From contig NW_024704742.1 of assembly GCF_018977255.1 (NCBI RefSeq), positions 38,442,001-38,506,000 on the forward strand: DNA of 64,000 bases, read 5' to 3'. The stretch's first letter is position 1. Each line of letters begins with the position of its first letter. Shown in pieces: positions 49,251 to 62,921 of this stretch. The position numbers and the translations under genes were made by a program. Source of the DNA: Callorhinchus milii. Lineage: Eukaryota. A model generated the notes under the pieces. It ran no database searches. It worked only from the letters and a program-made list of their open reading frames with translations, and had not been told where the DNA came from.

Positions 49251-51790
49251 TATTGCTGCTAGACATGGTCCTGCTCTCCACATTACGTCTTACCTGGTTT
49301 AAACTCCTGCAGATATGACAGTGACTAAGGAAGCTATAAGAAAATTTAGGAGGAACTATTACATGTGGAGCGGCGTGAGATTGTGGAACTTGGTGGTTGA
49401 ATCAGATGTTGTGGATGCATTCAAGATGAAGCTAGACCTTCACTTGAGGAAGAGCGGAATAGAAGTGTGTGGGAGGAATGGGTGAAGATTTGTGTGTAGT
49501 AAAACACCAGCATGAACTGGTTGGGCTAAATGGTCTGTTTCTATGCTGTACATTTATTTGTAAATCTTTGTTGAGGCTGACACTCTAATGCAGTCTTTGA
49601 GGTGTGCTGCATTGTTGGAGGTGCTGTTCTTCAGATAGGACGTTAAACTAAGGTCTGTCTATTTGTTTGGGTGGATGTTATAGATCCCATTGGGTCTAAT
49701 CAAAAGGAAATGTTTCCCAGAGTCCTGGCCACTAATCCCCCAGATAAAATGCGTGATTTACATCATGACTGTGGGATATTGCAGTGCACAAATTGGCTGT
49801 TGAGTTTCTCCCACAAATACATCACTACACTTTACCTTAAATCCTGTGAAGCACTTTGAAATATCCTCCCAAAGTGAAAGGCACCATATTATTTCAGGGG
49901 TTATTATTATTATTTAAACCTTTATATTAGGAAATACTATATGCCATTTGCATAAGTCAGTTATATATTCACTGTTTATGTTCATTTTATGAACAGTTCA
50001 TTTTATTTCTAGAACAAACGGCATATTCAGTACCTCTTTACTAGTTCCTCTTTACTAGTCCCAGGACCTTGGGATGTCCTCCCAACTTGAAAGGCTCTAT
50101 ACAAATGCAATTTTGTATTGTATTAACTATTATTTACCATATTATCAGTCATACCTTCCTCCTGTCTCCATGTTCGGTGATCCATACTCTCTCTGTAAAG
50201 CGCTTCCAGACATGATCCCACAATAAAGCCATTACTGTATATAATTGCAAGCTGGTTAGCCAAAGAAAATCATTATGATTTTGTTCTTTACTCTGCTTCA
50301 CGTGTTATTGATCTTGTGAGTGGGAAAGGAGAAAAGCTAGCTGGAAACAGTAAAAATTATACACAGTACATGGATCATGAGAGCACTGCACTCTCAGACT
50401 GAGGGAGACAGAAGACTGACAGAACTCCTACCAATGGCACTCAAGCTGTTGGCTGATGGGTACACAATGGGCACACAAACAGTTCTCCTGACCTGTGATG
50501 GTGAGGAGACTCTACTAATGATTTTACCTCCCCCCACCACTGTCAAGAAGAAGCATGGAGGGTTTGATGATACAGGCGAGGCAATGAACATTTGGGGGTG
50601 GTGGTGGGGGTATCATAGTCTCTCAGATGCATAGTCTTGCGTTGATTCATTCATAAAATCAGCAACTTCAACCATTTATTTTGCAAATTTTCTTGGAGAA
50701 ATTTTACGGGCATTTATGGGGCTGAAAGAGCGCCAATTGGGAAAACGTGAATGGCATCTTGTCAGCAGAAAGGGATCTCCGGACATAAAGTGCCTTTCCT
50801 GCTGGGGACTCCAATACAAACCCATCAGAACCCAGCTCCAGAACAATGTTGTGCCTTTCCAGGCTTCAGTTTTTCCCCAAAAGTACTTGACATAATCTTG
50901 ATTTTTTCCCTATTTTGTCTCAGGCAGCAGTGTTTATATAGTATCAATCAGGCCAAATATGCCAGCAATAGGGTCTAAGGACATCAGCACTCTATGTGAA
51001 GCCCACAGAAGTCAGTCAGTGGCCTTTTAAGATTGAACTTGGTTTAACATGCAAAGAGGATTACTCTGGCTCAATGTAAGAAGTTCAGGAAATTCTGCAT
51101 AATTGATATCTTAAAAGCTGCAGATTCCAGTGATTTAAAGATTCATTTCTCAGTATCAGCTATGTTCCATCAATTAATCAAGGTATTTAAAGTACTTAAG
51201 CCACCAACATTATTGTTCCCCACAAGATTTCTTTCCCTCCCCTTCATTCCTGAATACATTTAGATTTGTTTTCTTATTATTCTTGTAATAATCTTGCAGT
51301 AATGTCGTGAAATAATTCTTGCATTTAATATCATGGCTAGAATGTCAAAACATCTCAAAGAGTTCACAGGTAATTTGTGCATAGTAATGTCCCACAAACA
51401 GTCATGAAGAGAATGATCAATTTATCTAGACAGGAGGAGTGCATTGGAAAAATTGAGGCATAAGGTGTTAAAAGTATGATTGAGAGTTTCAGCAGCGTTT
51501 AAAATAAGATAGATTTGAAGCAATTCAGTAAGATTTGAAGTAAGTAAGATAGGAAGTGATCCGCGTTAGGACTAGGTTGTGCCTCATGAATTGACTGAAA
51601 TTCTTTTAGGAAGAAACTAGATTAGTGTGAATAACAGGCTAGAAAAACTCTCATCAGGAAAGTGGTAGCGTTAGTTAGGATGTATGTGATGCCTCACTGC
51701 AGGAAATAGCACCTCGAGATATGAAGTATATTTCCCACAGGAACCCCACATATGTCATACTAACTCCCTAGGGCTTGACTCCAACCTGAG

Positions 51791-52183
51791 ATAATAATAT
51801 AATAATAATCCTTGCATTTGATATCTCACTTTATCACATCGTTGAGACCTCTTAAAGCGCTTCACAGAATATATTATAAAGTGAATTAACTGCGTATTTT
51901 ATGGGCAAAACGCAGCAGCTAATTGTGCGCAGTATTGTCCTACAAATAGTCGTGGATTGAGTGACCAAACTATTATTATTGTTTTATTTTATATTTTTTG
52001 GAGGGATTATTACCCCTGGAAAGCAATTTGACAGTCGACTAGCAATTTGACAGTCGACTACTTACTGCTGGGTAAACAGAGGTGTGTGGAGTAAGACAAT
52101 CTGCCCAAGATTTTGTCCTGCCCTGGAATCGAACCCGGGTCCTCTCGCTTGCGAGGCAAGTACTCTAACCAATACAGGACTGC
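51791..52183 (-). mobile_element. tRNA-derived SINE, full length
   Basis: Same family; contains a local duplication of agcaatttgacagtcgact at ~52022-52060. Confidence 0.88.
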
Positions 52184-52734
52184 ACCTTGGAGATCACCTT
52201 GGAGCCAAGGTCTAGCAAGTCAGCATGATGTACATAGGGGTTCCCTGCAGGAGATGCACTTTATGTTTTTCCCTGTGATGAGTTTCTTTCCTGAGAATGG
52301 ATTTTTTCAAGCCCATGGTTTATTTGGATTCTCAGAAGATACTTGGTAGAGTTCTATTTATGAGATGTTTAAAGAATAGAACGACGGAGCTAACAGCAAA
52401 TTGTCCTGCTGGATTAAAATTGTTAGGAATAGAAATACAGTGGATAAATAGAAAAAGATCAGTCTGCAGTTGGTTGTGTTGTGCTGAAGTCTGTTCTGGG
52501 TCCCCTGCAGTTTATGCTATTCATAAATTATACAGCTGAGTAATAATAATAATACGGCAATAACAGTTCGAGTTCATATAGCACTTGCCGTGTAAAAATA
52601 AACATCACAAAATGCTTTAAAAAACATAATTGTTTAGGAATGAAAATGACTGCTGCTATGGCAAACATGGAAGCTAATCCGTGCCAGCCATGCCCCATAA
52701 ACAATATGGGATGAGAAGCCAATTAATTTGAACT

Positions 52735-53000
52735 TGAATTGAGAAGTTAAGGTTGTTTTCACTAAGGATGGGAGAGTTAAGTGGTGATCTGATAAAAGGA
52801 TTTCAAGATTATAAAGGATTGCAATAGGGTAAAAAGTAATAAATTATTTCCGCTGATCAGCAAGTCAGTAATAGGAGAGGACAATTTATATATATAATTT
52901 ATAAAGGGAAATAAAGGGGAGATTAGAAAACACTTCCTTGCATAGACGGCAGTTGGAATATGCAATTTTCTGCCACAAACTTTAGTTGAACTAATGTAAG
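52735..53000 (+). mobile_element. CR1 ORF2 3' fragment
   Basis: EKLRLFSL...LSGDLIK.FKIIKG...LFPL-type translation. Confidence 0.65.
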
Positions 53001-53094
53001 TGAGCAATTGTATTTGGAGGATTGTTGGCCAGGACACTAGGAGAAGCTTCATTTTCTTTTCAAATAATGTCATGGATTTTATTATAAAAATAAT

Positions 53095-53703
53095 AGCAGC
53101 ATATCTTCACCATGTCCAGCCCTAGCGTAAACAGAGTACCTGAATTAACCTAACAATGTAACTAAATATATCCACTGAACAATCTGTACACACTTCGATA
53201 TTGACATAAAGACTAGATGGTAGGAACATCAACCAGCAAAAGTAACATCAAAAGGTAACATTACAATAATCTGGGACTCACAAGTACTGTACATACACAT
53301 AGAACAGTTATCTGTAATAAACCAGATATCATTAAAAAAAATTGTACATACAGTATCATTGATATGGCCATTCCAAGTCACTACAACACCTGAAATAAGG
53401 AACGAGAGAAGATGAGCAAGTATGTTAACGTACAAATTGAACACAGACCCATGTGGCAGTACAAGACAAGCAAAGTTGCTATAATCATTCATGCAAATGG
53501 GACTGTTAATAAGATGATTCAGAAATGGCTTGACAAGATACCCAGTGCACAAAATGGGAAGCTTGAATACACAAAGAAAAGTACATCCATTCAAGCATAA
53601 CGTGGCAGTAGTATTGGTCTGGATTGACTGACCCATCATTGAAAACCACTCAGAAACTATCTCTACAGAGTGATCTAAACTGCAGTAACATAATAATAAT
53701 AAT
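53095..53703 (+). mobile_element. R4/Dong (Rex6-like) non-LTR retrotransposon 3' fragment with restriction-like endonuclease
   Basis: Decayed translation CPALA*TEYLN*PNNVTKYIH...RW*EHQP...ITIIWD / RTVICNKPDII...IIDMAIPS...KEREKMSKY...MW...VAIII; ends in (TAA)n at 53690-53703. Confidence 0.85.
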
Positions 53704-54714
53704 GCTCACACATGTAATGTTACAAGTGGAAAGTGGAAGCGGGCTGTTACTTCCAGGTGGGGTTCAGCAATTCTGGATACTCTCTTTTGTCAGCTCTGAT
53801 AATGGGTCACAATACAACACAATAACATTTACATTTATATTGCGCCTTCCAAAGAGCTTCATATAGTTGGTTGAGCAACCAACCTGAGGAGATGAGATCT
53901 GAAGAGAATGGGAGGAGAAGTGACCAAAAACACAGTCAAAGGGGGGGGTGGGCTTTGAAAATCGGGAGGGAGTGGGGGAGTCAGAGGGACTAAGGGACAG
54001 AGTTACTCATCTGGTTTTAAACACAAATCTATTTTTCTCTTTCAGAAGCTCACTGACATATGTGGATTTCCAGCGTTTCTGTTTCATATTTTGGATTTCC
54101 AGGATCACAGCTTTTGTTTGGGTCGAACAATGGATAGACTGAACAGTATTTGTTGGGCAGGGAATTATATTAAACAAGTAGCTCAGGGAAATTTCTAGGC
54201 TGAGTCAAGAATTTGTTTTATAATAATAATCCTTGCATTTGATATAGCGCATTATCACAAATTTGAAACATCTCAAAGTGGTTCATAGAACATACTATAA
54301 AGTGAATTGACTGTGTGTTGGAATATTCTTCTTGAATCAAGAATTCTACACCTGGGAACAAACCCGACATATTACAATTCTACATGTGGCTCACATTTGT
54401 TCTTTGATAGCATATCCCTTTATGCTTACACATTGTCAAAAAGAAAAATGGTTGCATAATATACCAAATGTATCAAATGAAGAACTCTGCTCTTTTCAGT
54501 CACTTGCGCAAAGCAGATTTAGAAACTATAATTCCGTGAGATACTGGATAGCATTTTTGGGTTCTGCGACGTATAGATGCAATCCATCACAATTCTATTC
54601 GTATTCATCTTTTGAGGAGCAAGGACTTTTAACAACAACAAATTGCACCTATTTATTCAATAGGTTCTTTAACATTTTTTCCCCACGAGTTGTGACATTG
54701 CAATAAAAACAACA

Positions 54715-55255
54715 ACAACCGGATGTAGGGGAGAAGGACAGTTGGAGGTTGAATTGAACTTCTAGATTACGCATTGGTTCAGTGAGTCTGAGGGAGAGGG
54801 AGGGAGGTTGAGGAGCTCAGATCCGCAGGAGTGAAGATGTTGACGGGAGCCAAGGAGAATGGCTTTGTCTTGTCCACATTCAGCTACAGGCCCTGATGTC
54901 TGCCAGACAAGCTGATAGAACATTGGTGGACCTGGAGTTGGTACTGGAGGAGGAAAAATAGACTTGTGTGTCATCCGCAGACATGTGGAAGTTTACCCCG
55001 TGTCTGCGGATGACATCGCCAAGAGGAAGTATACAGATGAGGAAAAGAAGAGGGCCAATGATGGAGCCCTGGGGTACCCCGTAGGTGACCGGGCGGGGGG
55101 CAGGAGGAGAAACCATTTGCTGAGATGAAGTGGAGGCGGTTGGTTAAATAGGACTCGAATCATGCGAGTGTGGTTTCATTAAGGTGGATGAGGGAGGAGA
55201 GGCGGTGGAGGAGGATGGCGTGGTCGACTGTGTCGAACGTGGCAGAGAGATTCGG
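54715..55255 (-). mobile_element. L2 LINE reverse transcriptase fragment
   Basis: LSATFDTVDHAILLHRL...[44 protein letters not shown] (YADD mutated to SADD). Confidence 0.9.
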
Positions 55256-55837
55256 AAGTTAGCATCCACAAAACACTAACTATTGCATGCACTCTTATAC
55301 ACAGTATCAATAAGCCAAAACATATTGGTCGTTTCACCTTCAACAGGGATAACCCTGGATCTGGACCCAGTAAATACCTGGGTTGGGAGAACCTTTGCTC
55401 TGTATCCTCTATTGTGATTTTCCAGACTTCTTCCCCATAGCAAAACAAACTAACAGAAGACCTGCTTCAAAATTAACGACGACAACAACTTGCACCTATA
55501 TAATGCCCTTCACATGGGATAGCGTCTCAGATCACAAAAAAAATTGAGGCTGAATTCAAGAATTTGCCTAATTCTGTACACTCTGAAATGCTATGTTATT
55601 AGAGTAAATCGAGACCCAGATGTAATTTCTACCCCTTGGGGCCCAATAATGGGAAAGCTTCCAATCATATCTACTTCAGGGAGGCCAGAGCAGAGTGCTG
55701 TCTATTTGCACTTATATATCTGGGTAGAATTCTGCTCACTGCCATCAAATGCTGGTGATGTAATTAATGTGACGAAGGAGCTGATAAGACGGTAGCAACA
55801 AAATTACCAGCAAGATCTTCTGTGTGGCATAACACTG

Positions 55838-58800
55838 TACAGAGATCTGGTACTGCTCTGTGTGTGTGTGTGTGTGTGTGTGTGTCAGAGATCTGGTGCT
55901 GCTCTGTGTGTGTGTCAGTGATCTGGTTGCTGTGGTGATGTGGTTGATGTGTGTGTGTGTCAGTGATGTGGTTGATGTGTGTATGTGTCAGTGATGTCGT
56001 TGATGTGTGTGAGTGTCAGTGATGTGGTTGGTGTGTGTGTATGTGTCGGTGATGTGGTTGATGTGTGTGTGTATGTGTGTGTGTGTTTGTCAGTGATGTG
56101 GTTGATTTGTGTGTGTGTGTGTGTGTGTGTGTCAGTGACGTGGTTGATTTGTGTGTGTGTGTGTGTGTGTGTCAGTGACGTGGTTGATGTGTGTGTGGGT
56201 GTGTGTGTCAGTGATGTGCTTGATGCATGTGTGTGTGTGTGTGTGTGTCCGTCATGTGGTTGGTGTGTGTGTGTCAGTGATGTGTGTGTGTGTGTGAGAG
56301 TGATGTGGTTGGTGTGTGTGTGTCAGTGATGTGGTTGATGTGTGTGTGGGTGTGTGTGTGTCACTGATGTGCTTGATGTATGTGTGTGTGTGTCAGTGAT
56401 GTGGTTGGTGTGTGTGTTTGTGTCAGTGATGTGGTTGGTGTGTGTGTTTGTGTGTCAGTGATGTGGTTGATGAGTGTGTGTGTGTGTGTGAGTGATGTGG
56501 TTGGTGTGTGTGTCTGTGTCGGTGATGTGGTTGATATGTGTGTGTGAGTGATGTGGTTGATGTGTGTGTGTGTTAGTGATGTGGTTGATGTGTGTGTGTG
56601 TGTCAGTGATGTGGTTGATGTGTGTGTGTGTCAGTGATGTGGTTGATGTGTGTGTGCTCCCATCAACTCCATCCCCCAGTGCCTTCGCCGCTTCCTCCCT
56701 TTCCTCCTTCAAGGCCGGTCTCAAAACTTTTCTCTTTGACCGAGCCTTCAGCTCCCCTCTCGACTCTCTTCCCCCTCCTCGCTCCCTCCCTTCCCTCCCC
56801 TCACCCTGACCATTTCCCCCCTCCTCGCTCCCTCCCCTCACCCTGACCATTTCCCCCCTGCTCGGGTCATGACCCAACTGTGCAGCGCCTTGGGACGTCC
56901 TCCTGACGTGAAAGGCGCTTTATAAATGGAATCTTGTTGTTGTTGTTGTGTGTGTGTCAGTGATGTGTGTGTGTGTGTAAGTGATGTGGTTGGTGTGTGT
57001 GTGTGTGTGAGTGATGTGGTTGGTGTGTGTGTGAGTGATGTGGTTGATGTGTGTGTGTGAGTGATGTGGTTGGTGTGTGTGTGAGTGATGTGGTTGGTGT
57101 GTTTGTGTGTGTGTGAGTGATGTGGTTGATGTGTGTGTGAGTGATGTGGTTGGTGTATGTGTGAGTGATGTGGTTGATGTGTGTGTGTGAGTGATGTGGT
57201 TGGTGTGTGTGTGTGAGTGATGTGGTTGGTGTGTGTGTGTGTGTGAGTGATGTGGTTGGTGTGTGTGTGTGTGTGTGAGTGATGTGGTTTGTGTGTGTGA
57301 GAGTGATGTGATTGATGTGTGTGTGTGAGTGATGTGGTTGATGTGTGTGTGTGAGTGATGTGGTTGGTGTGTGTGTGTGTGTGAGTGATGTGGTTGGTGT
57401 ATGTGTGTGTGTGTGAGTGATGTGGTTGGTGTGTGTGTGTGTGAGTGATGTGGTTGATGTGTGTGTGTGAGTGATGTGGTTGGTGTGTGTGTATGAGTGA
57501 TGTGGTTGTGTGTGTGTGTGAGTGATGTGGTTGGTGTGTGTGTATGTGTGTGAGTGATGTGGTTGGTGTGTGTGTATGTGTGTGAGTGATGTGGTTGGTG
57601 TGTTTGTGTGTGTGTGAGTGATGTGGTTGATGTGTGTGTGAGTGATGTGGTTGGTGTATGTGTGAGTGATGTGGTTGATGTGTGTGTGTGAGTGATGTGG
57701 TTGGTGTGTGTGTGTGAGTGATGTGGTGTGTGTGTGTGTGTGTGAGTGATGTGGTTGGTGTGTGTGTGTGTGTGTGTGATGTGGTTGGTGTGTGTGTGTG
57801 AGTGATGTGGTTGGTGTGTGTGTGTGTGTGAGTGATGTGGTGTGTGTGTGTGTGTGAGTGATGTGGTGTGTGTGTGTGTGTGAGAGAGAGTGATGTGGTG
57901 TGTGTGTGTCTGTGTGAGAGTGATGTGGTTGGTGTGTGTGTGTGTGTGTGAGTGATGTGGTTGGTGTGTGTGTGTGTGTGTGAGAGTGATGTGGTGTGTG
58001 TGTGAGAGAGTGATGTGGTGTGTGTGTGTGTGTGAGAGTGATGTGGTTGGTGTGTGTGTGTGTGTGTGAGAGTGATGTGGTGTGTGTGTGTGTGAGAGAG
58101 TGATGTGGTTGGTGTGTGTGTGTGTGTGAGAGTGATGTGGTGTGTGTGTGTGTGTGTGAGAGAGAGAGTGATGTGGTGTGTGTGTGTGTGTGTGTGTGTG
58201 AGAGTGATGTGGTGTGTGTGTGTGTGAGAGAGTGATGTGGTTGGTGTGTGTGTGTGTGTGAGAGTGATGTGGTGTGTGTGTGTGAGAGAGTGATGTGGTG
58301 TGTGTGTGTGTGTGTGTGTGTGTGAGAGTGATGTGGTGTGTGTGTGTGTGTGAGAGAGTGATGTGGTTGGTGTGTGTGTGTGTGTGTGTGAGAGTGATGT
58401 GTGTGTGTGTGAGTGTGTGAGAGAGTGATGTGGTGTGTGTGTGTGTGTGTGTGAGAGAGAGTGATGTGGTGTGTGTGTGTGAGAGAGTGATGTGGTGTGT
58501 GTGTGTGAGAGAGTGATGTGGTTGGTGTGTATGTGTGTGTGTGTGAGAGTGATGTGGTGTGTGTGTGTGTGAGAGTGATGTGGTTGGTGTGTGTGTGTGA
58601 GTGAGTGATGTGTTTGGTGTGTGTGTGTGTGTGTGAGTGTGTGTGAGAGTGATGTGGTGTGTGTGTGTGTGAGAGTGTGTGTGAGAGTGATGTGGTGTGT
58701 GTGTGTGTGAGTGTGTGTGAGAGTGATGTGTGTGTGTGAGTGTGTGTGAGAGTGATGTGGTGTGTGTGTGTGTGTGTGTGAGAGTGATGTGGTGTGTGTG

Positions 58801-59995
58801 TGAGTGTGTGTGAGAGTGATGTGGTGTGTGTGTGTGTGAGTGAGAGTGATGTGGTGTGTGTGTGTGTGTGTGAGTGTGTGAGAGTGATGTGGTTGGTGTG
58901 TGTGAGAGTGATGTGGTGTGTGTGTGTGTGAGAGTGTGTGTGAGAGTGTGGTGGTGTGTGTGTGTGAGAGTGATGTGGTTGGTGTGTGTGTGTGAGAGTG
59001 ATGTGGTGTGTGTGTGAGTGTGTGTGAGAGTGATGTGGTTGGTGTGTGTGTGTGAGAGTGATGTGGTTGGTGTGTGTGTGTGAGAGTGATGTGGTGTGTG
59101 GTTGGTGTGTGTGTGTGAGAGTGATGTGGTGTGTGTGTGAGTGTGTGTGAGTGATGTGGTGTGTGTGTGTGTGTGAGAGTGATGTGGTTGGTGTGTGTGT
59201 GTGAGAGTGTGTGTGAGAGTGATGTGGTGTGTGTGTGCGTGAGTGTGTGAGTGATGTGGTGTGTGTGTGTGTGAGTGTGTGTGAGAGTGATGTGGTTGGT
59301 GTGTGTGTGTGTGTGAGTGAGTGAGAGTGATGTGGTGTGTGTGTGAGTGTGTGTGAGAGTGATGTGGTGTGTGTGTGTGTGAGTGTGTGAGAGTGATGTG
59401 GTGTGTGTGTGTGTGAGTGTGTGTGAGAGTGATGTGGTTGGTGTGTGTGTGTGTGTGAGTGTGTGAGAGTGATGTGGTTGGTGTGTGTGTGTGTGTGAGA
59501 GTGATGTGGTGTGTGTGTGTGTGTGAGAGAGAGTGATGTGATTGGTGTGTGTGTGTGTGTGTGTGAGAGTGATGCGGTTGGTGTGTGTGTGTGTGAGAGT
59601 GATGTGGTGTGTGTGTGTGTGTGAGTGATGTGGTTGGTGTGTGTGTGTGTGTGTGAGAGTGATGTGGTTGGTGTGTGTGTGTGTGTGTGAGAGTGATGTG
59701 GTGTGTGTGTGAGAGAGTGATGTGGTGTGTGTGTGTGTGTGAGAGTGATGTGGTTGGTGTGTGTGTGTGTGTGTGAGAGTGATGTGGTGTGTGTGTGTGT
59801 GAGAGAGTGATGTGGTTGGTGTGTGTGTGTGTGTGAGAGTGATGTGGTGTGTGTGTGTGTGTGTGAGAGAGAGAGTGATGTGGTGTGTGTGTGTGTGTGT
59901 GTGTGTTAGAGTGATGTGGTTGGTGTGTGTGAGAGTGATGTGGTTGGTGTGTGTGTGTGTGTGAGAGTGATGTGGTGTGTGTGTGTGAGAGAGTG

Positions 59996-60031
<36 letters not shown>

Positions 60032-61205
60032 TGTGGTGTGTGTGTGTGTGTGAGAGAGTGGTGTGTGTGTGTGTGTGTGAGAGTGGTGTGTGTGTGTGTG
60101 AGTGTGTGAGAGAGTGGTGTGTGTGTGTGAGAGAGAGTGGTGTGGTGTGTGTGTGTGAGAGAGTGGTGTGTGTGTGTGTGTGAGAGAGTGATGTGGTTGG
60201 TGTGTGTGTGTGTGTGTGTGAGAGTGATGTGGTGTGTGTGTGTGTGAGAGTGATGTGGTTGGTGTGTGTGTGTGAGTGAGTGATGTGTTTGGTGTGTGTG
60301 TGTGTGTGTGAGTGTGTGTGAGAGTGATGTGGTGTGTGTGTGTGTGAGAGTGTGTGTGAGAGTGATGTGGTGTGTGTGTGTGTGAGTGTGTGTGAGAGTG
60401 ATGTGTGTGTGTGAGTGTGTGTGAGAGTGATGTGGTGTGTGTGTGTGTGTGTGTGAGAGTGATGTGGTGTGTGTGTGAGTGTGTGTGAGAGTGATGTGGT
60501 GTGTGTGTGTGTGAGTGAGAGTGATGTGGTGTGTGTGTGTGTGTGTGAGTGTGTGAGAGTGATGTGGTTGGTGTGTGTGAGAGTGATGTGGTGTGTGTGT
60601 GTGTGAGAGTGTGTGTGAGAGTGATGTGGTTGGTGTGTGTGTGTGAGAGTGATGTGGTTGGTGTGTGTGTGTGAGAGTGATGTGGTGTGTGTGTGAGTGT
60701 GTGTGAGAGTGATGTGGTTGGTGTGTGTGTGTGAGAGTGATGTGGTTGGTGTGTGTGTGTGAGAGTGATGTGGTGTGTGGTTGGTGTGTGTGTGTGAGAG
60801 TGACGCTGTGGTGTGTGTGTGTGTGTGTGTGAGTGACACTGTGCTGTGTGTGTGTGTGTGTGAGTGATGTGGTTGGTGTGTGTGTGTGTGTGTGAGAGTG
60901 ATGTGGTGTGTGTGTGAGAGAGTGATGTGGTGTGTGTGTGTGTGTGAGAGTGATGTGGTGTGTGTGTGTGTGTGTGAGAGTGATGTGGTGTGTGTGTGTG
61001 TGAGAGAGTGATGTGGTTGGTGTGTGTGTGTGTGTGAGAGTGATGTGGTGTGTGTGTGTGTGTGTGAGAGAGAGAGTGATGTGGTGTGTGTGTGTGTGTG
61101 TGTGTGTGAGAGTGATGTGGTGTGTGTGTGTGTGAGAGAGTGATGTGGTTGGTGTGTGTGTGTGTGTGAGAGTGATGTGGTGTGTGTGTGTGAGAGAGTG
61201 ATGTG

Positions 61206-61236
<31 letters not shown>

Positions 61237-62890
61237 AGTGATGTGGTGTGTGTGTGTGTGTGAGAGAGTGATGTGGTTGGTGTGTGTGTGTGTGTGTGTG
61301 AGAGTGATGTGTGTGTGTGTGAGTGTGTGAGAGAGTGATGTGGTGTGTGTGTGTGTGTGTGTGAGAGAGAGTGATGTGGTGTGTGTGTGTGAGAGAGTGA
61401 TGTGGTGTGTGTGTGTGAGAGAGTGATGTGGTTGGTGTGTGTGTGTGTGTGTGTGAGAGTGATGTGGTGTGTGTGTGTGTGAGAGTGATGTGGTTGGTGT
61501 GTGTGTGTGAGTGAGTGATGTGTTTGGTGTGTGTGTGTGAGTGTGTGTGAGAGTGATGTGTGTGTGTGTGTGAGAGTGTGTGTGAGAGTGATGTGGTGTG
61601 TGTGTGTGTGAGTGTGTGTGAGAGTGATGTGTGTGTGTGAGTGTGTGTGAGAGTGATGTGGTGTGTGTGTGTGTGAGAGTGTGTGTGAGAGTGATGTGGT
61701 GTGTGTGTGTGTGAGTGTGTGTGAGAGTGATGTGTGTGTGTGAGTGTGTGTGAGAGTGATGTGGTGTGTGTGAGTGTGTGTGAGAGTGATGTGGTGTGTG
61801 TGTGAGTGTGTGTGAGTGTGATGTGGTGTGTGTGTGTGTGAGTGAGAGTGTGTGTGTGTGTGTGTGTGTGTGAGTGTGTGAGAGTGATGTGGTTGGTGTG
61901 TGTGAGAGTGATGTGGTGTGTGTGTGTGTGAGAGTGTGTGTGAGAGTGATGTGGTTGGTGTGTGTGTGTGAGAGTGATGTGGTTGGTGTGTGTGTGAGAG
62001 TGATGTGGTGTGTGTGTGAGTGTGTGTGAGAGTGATGTGGTTGGTGTGTGTGTGTGAGAGTGATGTGGTTGGTGTGTGTGTGTGAGAGTGATGTGGTGTG
62101 GTGGTTGGTGTGTGTGTGTGAGTGTGTGTGGTGTGTGTGTGAGTGTGTGTGAGTGATGTGGTGTGTGTGTGTGTGTGAGAGTGATGTGGTTGGTGTGTGT
62201 GTGTGAGAGTGTGTGTGAGAGTGTGGTGTGTGTGTGCGTGAGTGTGTGAGTGATGTGGTGTGTGTGTGTGAGTGTGTGTGAGAGTGATGTGGTTGGTGTG
62301 TGTGTGTGTGTGAGTGAGTGAGGTGATGTGGTGTGTGTGTGAGTGTGTGTGAGAGTGATGTGGGGTTGTGTGTGTGTGTGAGTGTGTGAGAGTGATGTGG
62401 TGTGTGTGTGTGAGTGTGTGTGAGAGTGATGTGGTGGTGTGTGTGTGTGTGTGTGTGTGAGAGTGTGTGGTTGGTGTGTGTTGTGTGGAGGTGATGTGGT
62501 GTGTGTGTGTGTGGTGATGTGGTTGGTGTGTGTGTGTGTGTGTGAGAGTGATGTGGTTGGTGTGTGTGTGTGTGTGTGAGAGTGATGTGGTGTGTGTGTG
62601 AGAGAGTGATGTGGTGTGTGTGTGTGTGTGAGTGATGTGGTTGGTGTGTGTGTGTGTGTGTGAGAGTGATGTGGTGTGTGTGTGTGTGAGAGAGTGATGT
62701 GGTGGTGTGTGTGTGTGTGTGAGAGTGATGTGGTGTGTGTGTGTGTGTGTGAGAGAGAGAGTGATGTGGTGTGTGTGTGTGTGTGTGTGTGTGAGAGTGA
62801 TGTGGTGTGTGTGTGTGTGAGAGAGTGATGTGGTGTGGTGTGTGTGTGTGTGTGACAGTGATGTGGTGTGTGTGTGTGAGAGAGTGTGTG

Positions 62891-62921
<31 letters not shown>

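Noticed and set aside
50377..50634. 85-aa ORF with ordinary composition
   Set aside because: No recognisable family, splice signals or context.
56838..60839. 1333-aa His/Thr-rich ORF on the minus strand
   Set aside because: Artefact of the (CA)n-type satellite lacking stop codons; no protein features.
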